Translations under genes and position numbers: made by a program
Notes under the pieces: model-generated
Told to the model about the DNA's origin: nothing
Database searches by the model: none
Seen by the model: the letters and a program-made list of their open reading frames with translations, nothing else
Shown: piece after piece, positions 35,301-47,301 of the stretch
How the letters are laid out: each line of letters opens with the position of its first letter
How positions within the stretch are numbered: the stretch's first letter is position 1
DNA from: Octopus sinensis
Lineage: Eukaryota
Reading direction: 5' to 3'
Length of the DNA stretch: 47,301 nt
NCBI RefSeq assembly: GCF_006345805.1
Contig: NW_021835311.1
Span: 1-47,301 of the forward strand

Positions 35301-35470
35301 TATTGATCTTGAAGTCACACAAAAATTCTGTATCTTCAGGGTAGATAAGATAAAGTACAAGCAAGTATAAGGTTCGAGGTAACCTACTAACTCTTTCCCC
35401 CTAAAATTTCTGGCCTGCGACAAAAATTTGAAGTTATTAGTAAATTTGAAGTTATAATTATTATTATTAT

Positions 35471-36045
35471 TGAGTGAGAGAGCGGTGCATGCCATCCAAG
35501 TGACACTGGGGTAAAATATACGAAGCCCAATATACCCATCATGACTACCTGTCTGATAAAGGTACACCAGGCACATGCATCAAACCATATGTGCGCGACA
35601 TGGTGATCTCATATCAAGACAAACAGCACATGACCTTGCCGGTGGGGCCCAGTTACGGTTTTGTTCTGGTTGAGTAGCCCATCCCGCTCAAAAGGTCCCT
35701 GAATAAGGGTTGTTTAAGGATGATGAACGAAACACCCATGTTTCCAGAGGTGAACCATTCAAACTCCAAAGAATCCCTCTCAACACATGGCCATGATGCT
35801 CCCCCACTACTTCTGCTCGTGATCAGAGATGCACATATCGTCAGCCACTAAGGGACATGCTCAACTGGTTAAGGTCAAACAACTGACAAGCAAATCTGTG
35901 GTATTGAGCAGGATATTTGCTGTAACCCATCTTTTATACCAAGACAAAACAATGTACATGATAACACTTCCAATCAGTTAAGATCAGAAGCCATGAGAAC
36001 CACTGCCTGGTACTGCATCAGGGCTATTATTTACTGCATCAGGCC
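35471..36045 (-). mobile_element. About 560-bp non-coding repeat flanked on both sides by (TAA)n
   Basis: Reverse complement of 43930-44478 at high similarity; partial copy at 11915. Confidence 0.9.
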
Positions 36046-36150
<105 letters not shown>

Positions 36151-36225
36151 TATCATCATCATCATTATTATTATTATTATCATTATTATTATTATTATTA
36201 TTATTATATTATTATTATTATTATT

Positions 36226-37185
36226 CATAGTTTTTATTTTTATAGCGTGCTTTCACTTCACTACCGAGCACAGCTCTGTGTGCCTTGGGTATGTGCTGTG
36301 ATTTGTTGTGATGCTCTTATGGTTATTGTATGGAAAGTGTTCTGCGTAGGATGTGTGCAGTGCCTAGTAGTGCAATTTTCTGTATGTTATATGTTTTGTT
36401 TGTAGTCCTGGTGTTTTTGTTATGTATTTGTCTGAATATTTTTTTATCATGCCTAATGCACCTACTATGATAGGAATTTTTCTGTTTTCAGAGTCCACAT
36501 TCTAGTTACCTCTATTTCCAGGTCTTTGTATTTTGAGAGCTTCTCCATTTCTTTTAGAGACACGTTGTCATCAGCCGGTATTGATACATCAATTAGAAAG
36601 CATTTTTTTTCTTCATGATCTCTGACAACTATATCTGGTCTGTTGGCCTTAATTCTCTATCTGTGTGTATCGGCATATCCCAGAGTATGGTTGCTTTCTC
36701 GTTTTCTGTGACCTTTTCTCGGTGTGTGCCTATACCATCTTTTTTCTGTTGTTATTCCATAATGTTGGCATAGCTTCCAATGTATGTAGGTTCCAACTCT
36801 GTCATGTCTGTGAATATATTCCTTCTTAGCCAAGACTGGGCTGCTAGAGATAATATGATTTATTGTTTCTTGTCCATCTCCACATATTCTGCAGTTACTT
36901 GTAATATTCTTTTCATTACATGTTTTGGTAATTTCTGGTGGGGAGGCTTTGGTCTTGTGCTGCAATTAAAAATCCCTCTGTTCTGCTTTGAGTCCTGAGC
37001 TTCTCAACCATTGCTGGGATTTTTCTTTGTCTATTTCTTTTGCGTTTAGTTTAGTGCAGTATTTACCATGAAGGGGCTTTTCTTGCCATCGTTTTATCAT
37101 GGTTCGTTGCTGTTCTATTTTTAGTTTGGATTTCATTTGTTTTATAGCTTTTGTTGTTTCTTCATCTTCTTCTTCTTCATGTTTA
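36226..37185 (-). mobile_element. 5'-truncated R4/Dong-like non-LTR retrotransposon (zinc knuckle, RHD motif, RLE domain, 3' UTR) inside (TAA)n
   Basis: WQEKPLHGKY, EGFLIAAQDQSL, CRICGDGQETINHI, HRHDRVG, ANRPDIVV..IDVSIP..KEMEKLSKYKDL, IPIIVGALG. (TTA)n lies at 36046-36225 and 37189-37252. Confidence 0.93.
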
Positions 37186-37253
<68 letters not shown>

Positions 37254-37309
37254 GAACTTAAAATGTTTCTTTTTAATTTTGAAGGCGTGATGCATGTCGA
37301 CAGCAGCGA

Positions 37310-37895
37310 CTCCAGTTACTGATACTTTATTTTATTGACCTCTAGACGATGGAAGATAGAGTTGGCCAGGGAGGGATTTGAATTCAGAAAATACTTGGCA
37401 ACATCTCTTACGCCAACTTTTCTTGGCCGTAAGAGATATTGCCAAGTATTTTGTCCGAGACGCTAACAATTCTGCTAGTTCCCTATAATCCTTTCTACTC
37501 TAGGCACAAGGTCGATTACATCAACCCCAGAGCATAACTGGTACTTAATATATCGACCCTGAAAGGATGAAAGGCAAAGTGAAGCTCGGCGAAATTTGAA
37601 CTCATAACGTAGCGTCAGACGAATTACCGCTAAGCATTTCGCCCGGCGTGCTAACCATTCTGCCAGCTCCCCGCCTTTGCTAGTTTGCTATAATAACAAC
37701 AATAAGCAATGGTTCCAAATTTAGACGTAGGGACAGCAATTTCTGAGGAGGTGTTCATAACACAGACGCCACGCCTTGGCTGGTACTTTATTTTATGGAC
37801 CTCAAAAAGAGGAAATTTAACTTTGGGAGAATTTGAATTCAGAACGTAAAGAACCGGAAGAAATGACTTGAAGTATTTTTGTCCGACGCACTTAA
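37310..37895 (-). mobile_element. Three tandem S1 SINE copies
   Basis: gaatttgaa(c/t)tca B-box complements near 37375, 37594 and 37830; full head at 37620-37680. Confidence 0.85.
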
Positions 37896-38339
37896 TAGTA
37901 TTTTAAATTTCCTTTTTATTTTATTTTGGTAGAAATGTAAATTCAAACAAAACAGAGGGGATGGGGTAAAATTTACTTCCCAAAAATTACTAGAAGATAA
38001 ACGGAACGAAGAACGTGGGAAGGCTCCATCTAGGACGACATAATCTGTTGTATTACAATTTTTCAAAGTTTCATTTTAGACTGTCTTTGTTATTTCTCAT
38101 TGGTCTGCCACATGATTGAGAACCAACTGCTAAGTCACCAAAGAAAACTTTATCAAAGGCATTCGCGCTGTATGTCCATTCCACCACAATTGGGATTCAC
38201 TTAGAAAAGCATAAATGCTTGACATATTAGCTCTCTTGAGCACAATGGTATTAGCAACTTTATCCTGTCACTTGGCGACCACCTTTTCCCAATGCTCCTA
38301 CCATTTGGTATGGTCTTCACAATCATTCCTTACTACGTC

Positions 38340-38910
38340 TGGTGTTACCTCCACTATCTTTCCGTGCTTCCACCAGCAACTTTGTGATTATCTCCATCAT
38401 CCTGTATTATCACATTCAACACCTTTAGGTACTTTATCCTCCAACATTTGATATCACCTCCAGCACCCGTTGTGCTCTCTCCACCATCCTTCCCTGCACC
38501 ATCATTTCGAATTTCCTTACGACTCGTTCTAAAATCTCTAACATCGCTGTTTTGCTCTGCCTTTGAGATCCTTCTTTACTACCTTCGCCATTGTTCGGCA
38601 CTGACTCCACCATCCTTCCGTTCAGCTTTTATAATCCTTCCGTACCCTCGACTATCCTTTTTGCCTCGCCGTCCTTCTTCCCTCGCCATCCTTTTTGTCC
38701 CAGCGTCCTTCCGTGCTGTCTCCCCCATCATTCCATATTGATTCCAACCATCTTCTGATTGTCTTCGACATCCTTTATCTTCGTAGTCGCTACCCTCAGG
38801 TACTGCGTCTACCAGCCTTTGCTACCACCGCCACCAATTTTTGTACTCTCACCAGATTTCTTTTTTAAACTTTCTACACCATCCTTCCGTTTTACTTCCA
38901 CCATTCTTCC
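38340..38910. repeat. Degenerate pyrimidine-rich repeat built on CCACCATCCTTCCGT
   Basis: Motif variants at about 38351, 38481, 38607, 38634, 38701, 38877 and 38898. Similar sequence resumes at 39510-39780. Confidence 0.6.
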
Positions 38911-38914
38911 GTAC

Positions 38915-39120
38915 TTCCTCTGCCAAATAGACACAGGTTAAATGATTGAAACGCTTGCTTTCTAACCCTGTGGTCGTTGGGTCAGTCCCACTGGGTGGAA
39001 TCTTCGGCACAAGTGTCTTCTGTAACGGCGCCAGACCAATCAAAGCCTCGGGAATGGATTGCTAGACAGAAACTGAAAGACATTTGTCGTCGATATAAAT
39101 ATTTATCTATCTATCTATCT

Positions 39121-39157
<37 letters not shown>

Positions 39158-39500
39158 ATCTATCTATCTATCTATCTATCTGTTTATATATCTATTTATG
39201 TATCTATCTATCTCAGTCTATCTATCTATCTGTCTATCAATCTACCTATCTGCCTGTCTGTCTGTCAATCTATCCATCAACCTATATATGTGTGTGTGTG
39301 CGCGTGCGCGCGTCTATAAAGAGAGAAAGAGAAAGAGAGAGAATGACAAAGAAAGAGAGAGACAGGCAGATACAAACATACATACATGCACCCATACATA
39401 CGCAATATATATGGGGTGAGTACGCGTGTCTTTGCATCATGTTTATCCTCATCACCACTTGACAACCGATGCTGGTTTGTTTATGCCCCCGTAACTTATT
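38915..39500 (+). mobile_element. SINE S2 with internal (TATC)n/(GT)n
   Basis: Head gggtcagtcccactgggtggaatcttcggcacaagtgtcttc and tail cttgacaaccgatgctggtttgtttatgcccccgtaactta. Confidence 0.8.
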
Positions 39501-40664
39501 AGGTTTGCAACACCACCCTTTGGTGTTACCCCACCACCCTTTCTTACTTCCTCCATCACTCTTCCGTCACCGCCCCTTGGCATTGTCTCCTCCAATCTTT
39601 ACTGCTGTCCCACCGCTCCACCCTTTCGTACTCCTGCCCTTTGCTATTTAATACTCCCATCTTTTTCCTTCAACACTGTTTCCGTAGACCCTTCACCGCC
39701 CTTTTATACGTTCATTCACCGCCCTATATTATTGTCATTCACTGCCTTTCACTACTTCCATCCACCAAACTGTCGCATGGAATTTTAGTTCTTTTTAATG
39801 TTTAATTTTTTTTAGTTAATTATAACATTTTTTTTTTTATTTTGTGTCATTTCTATCGTTATTATATTTCTTTATTTATTAAATTGCGCGACATTTACGT
39901 AAGACGATCGAGAATTTTATGTAGGAACTCACCCCCAAAATTGAAACACGTCTCCCAGGGGACATGTTCAATAACTCAGAGAAACGAGATAAATACAGCT
40001 AACACTTATCAAAGCTATATTTATTGTTATCAAGGGGATTGCCAAAAATAGACAAAAAAAAAATTAAATTAAAAATATAAATGTAGGGTAGGGACAATTT
40101 AGTTCCAGTAGTCACGTGCGGAGGTCCCTGATTGTATTTAAGGACTTCACTGAAGGAAACAAGAGAAGAAAAATTGAAGAATAAAAACAATATTTATTTA
40201 ACCATCCCGATGAGATTTCTCTTAAATTTTTTTCCTTCGCTTTTTCTATGTTTTAAGAATTCCTCTTTGTAATAAGTTTCAAGAATTTGTCTTTCAAAGT
40301 CTTAAGAGGATTTCTTTCTAAATTTAATTTTTCCCTTGAAATTTTTTTTATCTGAAAAAAAAAAATTGTTTTTGTTAATTTTTATTGTGCTTTTAGGGAT
40401 CTGAAGTCTGAAGAATTTTAAACGTACAAGCGATTGAGATGAGTTATTTATAATACAATTATATATATACATTTATACATATTTACACACACACAAACAC
40501 ACACCACCACACACACACACAATATATATATATATAACAGATATTTATATCTATATCTAAATATATATTCATTTATATATGCATGTATGTATGTATAAAC
40601 AAATGCTGACATATATATATATATATATATACAGACAGACATATATATGTGTGTATATTTGTGA

Positions 40665-40717
<53 letters not shown>

Positions 40718-41199
40718 TAGATATGTTTCTTTATTAGCCACACAGGGCTGCACACAGATAGAACAAATTACAAGGTAGAGCTTTTCTTTTGAAGGTTTAA
40801 AAAAAAAAAAAGGAAGGGGGAGTTTCGATCAAAAGGGATCGTAAAAGGAGAGAAAGAGGACAAAAAAAGGGGGGTTAAAAAATGGGGAGAGGAAAAAAAA
40901 AATTGGATAGATAGATAGATAAATAGATAGATAGATAGATATAGACGTATAATAATACATGCTTATGTATGCACACACATTGTACTTGTACAGGAAAGGG
41001 GGTGACAGTGATTTCGGAGTTTTGGCCGTTTATCTTTGTCGGTCTCTCTCCCAAGGGTTACCTGGTTGAAACTTTGAAGTTATCGCATCAATTTCATGTC
41101 TGTAAAAGTATAAGAAATCTGTTATCTAAAAAGTATTGTGATTCTTCAGTTTAATGAAAAATTGATTAAATTTTAACTCAACATCATCATCGACAAATA

Positions 41200-41209
41200 T
41201 TGATATCTG

Positions 41210-41291
<82 letters not shown>

Positions 41292-41320
41292 CCAACCTAT
41301 CTATCTATCTATCTACCTAC

Positions 41321-41373
<53 letters not shown>

Positions 41374-41568
41374 GATCGATCGATCGATCGATCTATCTAT
41401 CTATCTATCTATATATATATATATATATATATATTTATCTCTTTATCTATTTATTTATTCATTTCTCTCTCTCTCTTTCTCTCTCTCTCTGTATCTATCT
41501 ATCCATTTATCAATCTATCAATCTATTTATTTAAGTATCTCTTTCTCTCTCTCTCTCTCTTTCTCTCA

Positions 41569-41600
<32 letters not shown>

Positions 41601-41630
41601 GTCTATCTATCTGTCTAACTGTCTGCATAT
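41200..41630. repeat. (TATC)n/(TC)n microsatellite
   Basis: Direct reading. Confidence 0.97.
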
Positions 41631-41639
41631 ACATATATA

Positions 41640-42645
41640 CAGGATACGATGGGTAAATTGTCGCCATATTATATTTTCAATTTCGCGCATGCGTATGGCT
41701 TGTTTTTTAGTTTGTCAACGACATAGTACAGTAGGATCAGTTGGGCACCATCTGTGAGAAAAGCAGCACCATGACGCAATTCACTCTGCCAGAAATTGGG
41801 AAACGACTGGTATTCGCACTGGAAGTGATAAGAATCGCGCTGAGAATGATAAAAACCAAACATCCAGTCAACATCATGGTGTTTGGAGTATGCAAAAATG
41901 AAAATGACATCTCATTTTAACAGAAATATTTATCAAAATTACATGAAAATATCTAGAAATGTTATAGAATAAATTTATTCAATAAACTCGTCCAGACATC
42001 TTTGGAATCTCCTGCAACTCTTCTGGATGATCTCCTTGTAAGTTGGTCAACGCTGCCATAATCCTTGCCTTCAGGTCATCTTTGGTGTTAAAAGGAGTTT
42101 TTGTTTGGAGATGGCAACGTTCTGCCTCCATTCATCTTCCCACACGACCTCAGACTCACCACGTAGGCCTACACCAAGTGCATAGAGGAGGTAGCGTTGC
42201 TCTGGATCAAGAAGGTGACTGCTGCAAGGCCCTACGTATGGCAACAGGACTCTGCACCATGCCACACAAGCAGGAGAACCCAATCATGGCTGTCAGACAA
42301 TTTCTGCGACCATATCACCCCTATTATCTGGCCACCTAACTCCCCAGACTGCAACCCCCTTGATTATTATGTGTAGGGTAAAGTTGAGCGAGAGACCAAC
42401 AAAACGTGTATCACCAAAGATGACCTGAAGGCAAGGATTATGGCAGCGTTGACCAACTTACAAGGAGATCATCCAGAAGAGTTGCAGGAGATTCCAAAGA
42501 TGTCTGGACGATGTTATTGAATAAATTTATTCTATAACATTTCTAGATATTTTCATGTAATTTTGACAATATTTCTGTTAATATGAAATGTCAATGTTAC
42601 TTTCATTTTTGCATAATTTAGCGACAGTTTGTACATCGCACCTTG
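41640..42645 (+). mobile_element. Internally deleted Tc1/mariner (maT-like) element with TIRs, TA target duplication and an internal inverted duplication
   Basis: TA-CAGGATACGATGGGTAAATTGTCGCC versus the reverse complement of GCGACAGTTTGTACATCGCACCTTG-TA. Peptides are KHPVNIMVFG, PYVWQQDSAPCHTS and IWPPNSPDCNPLDY. Confidence 0.93.
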
Positions 42646-42650
42646 TACAT

Positions 42651-42703
<53 letters not shown>

Positions 42704-42710
42704 TATATAT

Positions 42711-42875
42711 AACGGGAAGCGTTATGAAAATAAACAAAAAGACGAAGGCAGGTGGAAAACAAACGAACAATTGTATTAGTATGGCGCTCAGGAAAGATAA
42801 AAAAACAAGTCTTAACGTTTCGAGCCTACGCTCTTCAACAGAAGATACACAGAGAGAGAAAAAACACAGAAAGAA
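42711..42875 (-). mobile_element. pLTR-like family A, second copy, with minimal hammerhead variant (42810-42845)
   Basis: The minus strand reads tctt-CTGTTGA-a-gagc-gtag-gctc-GAAAC-GT-T-aaga. Confidence 0.7.
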
Positions 42876-42914
42876 GGAGAGAAAAAAAACGTGCAGTAGC
42901 TAACGAATCAACAT

Positions 42915-43345
42915 GGCGGAAGAGGAGGAGGAGGAGAAGGGTGATGATGGTGACGACAATGATGATAATGATGGGATGATGGTGTTTATGATGATGATGA
43001 TAATGAAGGTGGTGGTGGTGGTGGTGGTGGGTTGGTGGGTGGTGGCGGTGGTGGTAGGGTGGTTGGTGTGTGTGGTGGTGGTGGTGGGGTGGTAGTAGTG
43101 GTGGTGGGGTGTGGTGGTGGTAGTAGTGGTGGTGGTGGGGTGGTAGTGGTGGTGGTTGGTGTGTAGTGGTGGTGGTGGTGGTGGTGGTGGTGGTAGTGGT
43201 GGTGGTGGTGGTAGTGGTGGTGGTGGTGGTGGTGGTAGTGGTGGTGGTGGTGGTGGTGGTGGTGGTGGTGGTGGTGGTGGTGGTGGTGGTTGTGGTGGTG
43301 GTACTGGTGGTGCTGGCGATGATCAAGATGTTGACGATGTCGATG
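42915..43345. repeat. (GGT)n/(GAT)n tract
   Basis: Direct reading. Confidence 0.97.
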
Positions 43346-43589
43346 GTCACTTGCGTCGATTTCGACGTATGAGCATTCGAACGAAAGGATTGTGAAAATA
43401 AAACGGATTAAAAAATTAAACCAATCTGCACATCTATTCACGATGGATGCAGGAATGGATTATCACAAAGGGATAATGATTTTGAGGATAATGATTTTGC
43501 CTGGGATTGGACAAGTATTATTACTAAGTTATGGGGATTTGGGTGTTTGTTTGAACTTATTCTTATATCTCAGGGTAATAATAATAATA

Positions 43590-43860
43590 ATGATCCTTTC
43601 TACTACAGAAGCAAAGCCTGAAATTTGTGGGGAGCGGGCTAGTCGATTATTTCTACTACCGTGTGTAACTGGTACTTAATTTATCGACCTCGAAAACATG
43701 AAAGGCAAAGTCGACCGCAGTAGAATTTGGACACAGAAAGTAAAGGCAGACGAAATACCTATTTCTTTACTACCCACAAGGGGCTAAACACAGAGGGGAC
43801 AAACAAGGACAGACATACTGCTAAGCATTTCGCCCGGAGTGCTAACGATTCTGCCATCTC
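43590..43860 (-). mobile_element. Dimeric S1 SINE with an internal deletion
   Basis: Same tacctatttctttact.cccacaaggggctaaacacagag linker as 11153 and 28747. Confidence 0.85.
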
Positions 43861-43869
43861 GCTGCTTTG

Positions 43870-43922
<53 letters not shown>

Positions 43923-43929
43923 GTGGCCA

Positions 43930-44477
43930 TGCCCTGATGCAGTACCAGGCAGTGGCTCTCATGGCTTTTGATCTTAACTGATTGGAAGTGTTATCATGTA
44001 CATTGTTTTGTCTTGGTATAAAAAGAGGGGCTACAGCAAATATTCTGCTCAATACCACAGATTTGCTTGTCAGTTGTTTGACCTAACCAGTTGAGCATGT
44101 CCTTAGTGGCTGACGATATGTGCATCTTGATCACGAGCAGAAGTAGTGGGGGAGCATCATAGCCATGTGTTGAGAGGGATTCTTTGGTGTTTGAATAATT
44201 CACCTCTGGAAACATGGGGTGGTTCTTTCAACATCCTTAAACAACCCTTATTCAGGGACCTTTGAGCGGGAGGGCTACTCAACCTGAAGAAAATTCTAAC
44301 TGGGCCCCACCGCAAGGTCATGTGCTGTTTATCTTGATATGAGATCACCAAGTCGCGCACATATGGTTGTGATGCATGTGCTGGTGTACCCTTATCAGAC
44401 GGGTAGTCATGATGGGTATTGGGCTTCGCATATTTTACCCCAGTGTCACTTTGATGGCATGAACTGCTCTCTCACTC

Positions 44478-44478
<1 letters not shown>
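43930..44478 (+). mobile_element. About 560-bp non-coding repeat flanked on both sides by (TAA)n
   Basis: (TAA)n at 43870-43921 and 44479-44517; homologous to 35471-36045. Confidence 0.9.
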
Positions 44479-44517
<39 letters not shown>

Positions 44518-44538
44518 TGATAATGATAATGATGATGA

Positions 44539-44577
<39 letters not shown>

Positions 44578-44960
44578 GTATTGGTTTCAGATTTTGGCAC
44601 AAGGCCAGCAACTCTAGGAGAGGGATAAGTTGATTGACGTCAGATCTTCCCTTATCTACCACAATGGTATTGTGAGAAACTTTCGTTTTAGATATGAAGA
44701 ATTTTGCTTTTCAAAAATATTTCTATATTTCAAAAACCTTTCCTAGATTTTAAGAATGTTAAATGCGTCACAGGAATTTGAGAAGAAAATTATAAGATAC
44801 CTCATCGAGCGAAACCGCCTTTCGAATGTAATCCGCGTTTAGTTTACATAAACTAACTGTACAGAAACACACTCATACACACTCACACGTACACCACACA
44901 CACATGTATTCAAGTAGATATATATATGTGTATATATGTTGTATACATATATATATGTAT

Positions 44961-44993
<33 letters not shown>

Positions 44994-45410
44994 GTATATA
45001 TATAGATATATATGTATATATATATGCATAAATATATAGATATATAGATATATATATAAGTAAATATATGTATATATATATATATATGTATATATGAATG
45101 TGTGTGTGTGTGTATACATTAGAAACGTGAAAATCCCGGTCACCACTCTTCTTGTAAAGTATTATGAATATGTGCTCCACAACAAAGTATTGAGTGTACG
45201 TGTACGTATGTATGTTTATATGTATGCATGCTTATCTATACATATGTATATATATACCTATTTATATGTGTAAGTATATATATATATATATATGTATTAT
45301 TATATATGTATGTCTATATATATATATATATATAGATATATTGATACATACATATATATATAGGTATATATATATGTATATAGTATATTATATATATGTA
45401 TAATATATAT

Positions 45411-45452
<42 letters not shown>

Positions 45453-46054
45453 TATATATATATATATATATTATATATATATATATATAGGCTTCGTTAA
45501 AGAGATTTTCCCCCACGTCGTGAGTTATAACAAAAAATAGAAAAAGTAAGAAATTGCGTTTTGGTTGTATTTGTTAATAGAAGAGATTTGTTAATTGTTC
45601 TCCTGCTGTTGCGTCACTGAGTCACTGCATTGGAGGAAAGAGAAGAGAGAGGCTATTTGGGAAAGACCTGTCGCCCGTAATTAGCTGAATCTTCACTCGG
45701 AGATATTGTTCTTGTATATGGTTCGTTGATTTGTTGGCGGTGTACCGTCATTATTTTTCTTTTTGTCATGTATCACGTTAAACCATGTAGGCGTGTATAT
45801 ACATAGCTGTGTGTGTGTGTGTGTGTGTGTGTGTTTCCTGTGTACAACATGTGATGCACAGAACAGGCGAAAGCTTAAGATGTTTATCACATTCTGTTAC
45901 ACATACTTTCGAGTAGCGTTGCATAATGTAGTGTATTTCCTGGCGTTTTGTCATCGATCCATCCGTGCCAATCCAGCCTTCCATTACATAGACTAGTGAA
46001 GAGTGTATGTAAAATGACATTATCCAATGTAGCTAAAAATGTTGTTTTTTTTAT

Positions 46055-46460
46055 CTAAGGCGGTGAGCTGGCAGAATCGTTAGCACATCAGGCGAAATGC
46101 TTAGCGACATTTCGTCCGTCTACTTTCTGAGTTCAAATGCCACCGATGCTGACTCGCCTTTCATCCTTGCAGGATCGATAAAATAAGTACCAGTTGAATC
46201 AACTTAGACTCTTCCCTCGAAATTTCTGGCTTTGTGCCAAAATTTGAAACCAATATTACAATATTGTTAAACTCATTAGCACGTAGGACAAAATGCTTAG
46301 CGGCATTTCATCTGTCTTTACGTTCTGAGTTCAAATTCCGTGGAGGCCGACTTGCGTTTCATCCTCTCAGGATCGATAAAATAAATACCAGTTATATACA
46401 CTGGGGTCATTGTAATCGACTTACCCTCCTCTCCGAAATTGCTGCTGACATTGGAAATTA
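46055..46460 (+). mobile_element. Two tandem S1 SINE copies
   Basis: aaggcggtgagctggcagaatcgttagcac... and gagttcaaattccgtggaggccgacttgcgtttcatcc. Confidence 0.88.
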
Positions 46461-46539
46461 ACAATCTCACCATTCATTAAAGAAAATGTTATGGCGATGT
46501 GAGAGAGACTGGCCGAGATTTCTATGTTGGTGGTTTAGG

Positions 46540-46850
46540 TTTTTATTGTTTTTCTTTTTATAGTTTCTGAGTCTGGAAGGAGGGGGCAGTGCCCATGAAA
46601 TATATAAGTCCTCTGAGACGTGTGAGCTTGACGCCATTATTATTCCATTTAAACTGAAGCAGATCAACATTCGCAGGAAAGACCTGAGCACAGAGATTCC
46701 AAAGAGCTGATGTTGTAGACGGGGAGGACTTGGCGCAGAGGGGTTTGTACGGAAGCCTGGAATAAGGTTAGGGTTGAATGCTACAGGGACAGTGATTCGT
46801 GGGGAGACAAGGGATCGGAAGGGTCTGAATTTCTGTGTACAAAACTGTTC
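46540..46850 (-). mobile_element. Decayed CR1/L2-type LINE 3' end with A-rich tail
   Basis: An alternative minus frame reads PSTTSALWNLCAQVFPANVDLLQFKWN, resembling the RTxxLWNxLPxxVFP C-terminus of these LINEs. It is followed by aaaaagaaaaacaataaaaa. Confidence 0.65.
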
Positions 46851-47301
46851 GTCTGTTAGGCCATTATATCCCAGGTCATTCCTAATCAAATAGAACTATG
46901 TACCATGGTATTCTAAGCGTGGCCATCCCATCTAATCTTTTTGCTGACATGATGCACATTGGCTACGTAATCTTATGCATAACATATTATATTTTCTATG
47001 GTTGTAAGTTGTTGCTTGAGTATTATCTGGCTGTTATTTCTTGCATCAGTTGGAGACTTCCTCATTGACTCGTGACACAATGTCAGTATTAACAAGAGTT
47101 TTCTCCCACTTATAAACGCCAAAACTAAGACTTCATTGCTGTTGGTGTTGTTATCATTATTTTGTTGTTGTTGTTGTTGTTGTTGCTGTGACTGTTGTTG
47201 TTGTTGTTATTGTTGTTGCTTATATTGTTGCCGTTGACAGAACTAAGCAATAACTTTTGTCAAAAATTCAATACATAGGCGCGTGTGGCGAGATAAATGT
47301 C

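Noticed and set aside
39943-39956. GAAACACGTC hammerhead 3' half
   Set aside because: There is no upstream CUGANGA and no helix I partner.
43924-43975. HDV-like ribozyme at the 5' end of the 560-bp repeat (ggccatg/catggct P1)
   Set aside because: No P1.1 GG, P3/L3 or J4/2 could be found, and the 5' strand is absent from the second copy.
46467-46889. 140-aa ORF and a strong-looking plus-strand splice acceptor at 46563
   Set aside because: Another frame matches a LINE C-terminus, and the pyrimidine tract is the complement of its A-rich tail.

Overview
This is a 47.3-kb animal genomic window, probably from an octopus. That call is inferred from the extreme (TA)n/(GATA)n/(CAT)n microsatellite load and the tRNA-derived SINE families. 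It is almost all intronic or intergenic repeat DNA, and I can identify no intact host protein-coding gene. Nearly all ORFs in the supplied track are microsatellite read-throughs or antisense artefacts. Recognisable elements are a 5'-truncated CR1/L2-type LINE, RTE fragments, several R4/Dong-like (RLE) fragments tied to (TAA)n, two internally deleted Tc1/mariner elements, a piggyBac-type MITE, a Helitron/HINE-like element, many SINEs, and a heavily decayed Penelope-like element (PLE) that the ORF track does not show. The main result is a set of type I hammerhead ribozyme (HHR) motifs from at least five sequence families. The most striking is a tandem array of about 440-bp units (1753-3260) with one HHR per unit, predicted cuts exactly 440 nt apart and a palindromic helix III, which is the layout of a retrozyme or PLE terminal-repeat (pLTR) array. 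Other HHRs sit in (TA)n-flanked, often fold-back, pLTR-like pieces. A CpG-rich region near 23.7-24.9 kb may be the first exon or 5' UTR of an unidentified minus-strand gene. All folds and homologies were read by eye; no searches or folding programs were run.
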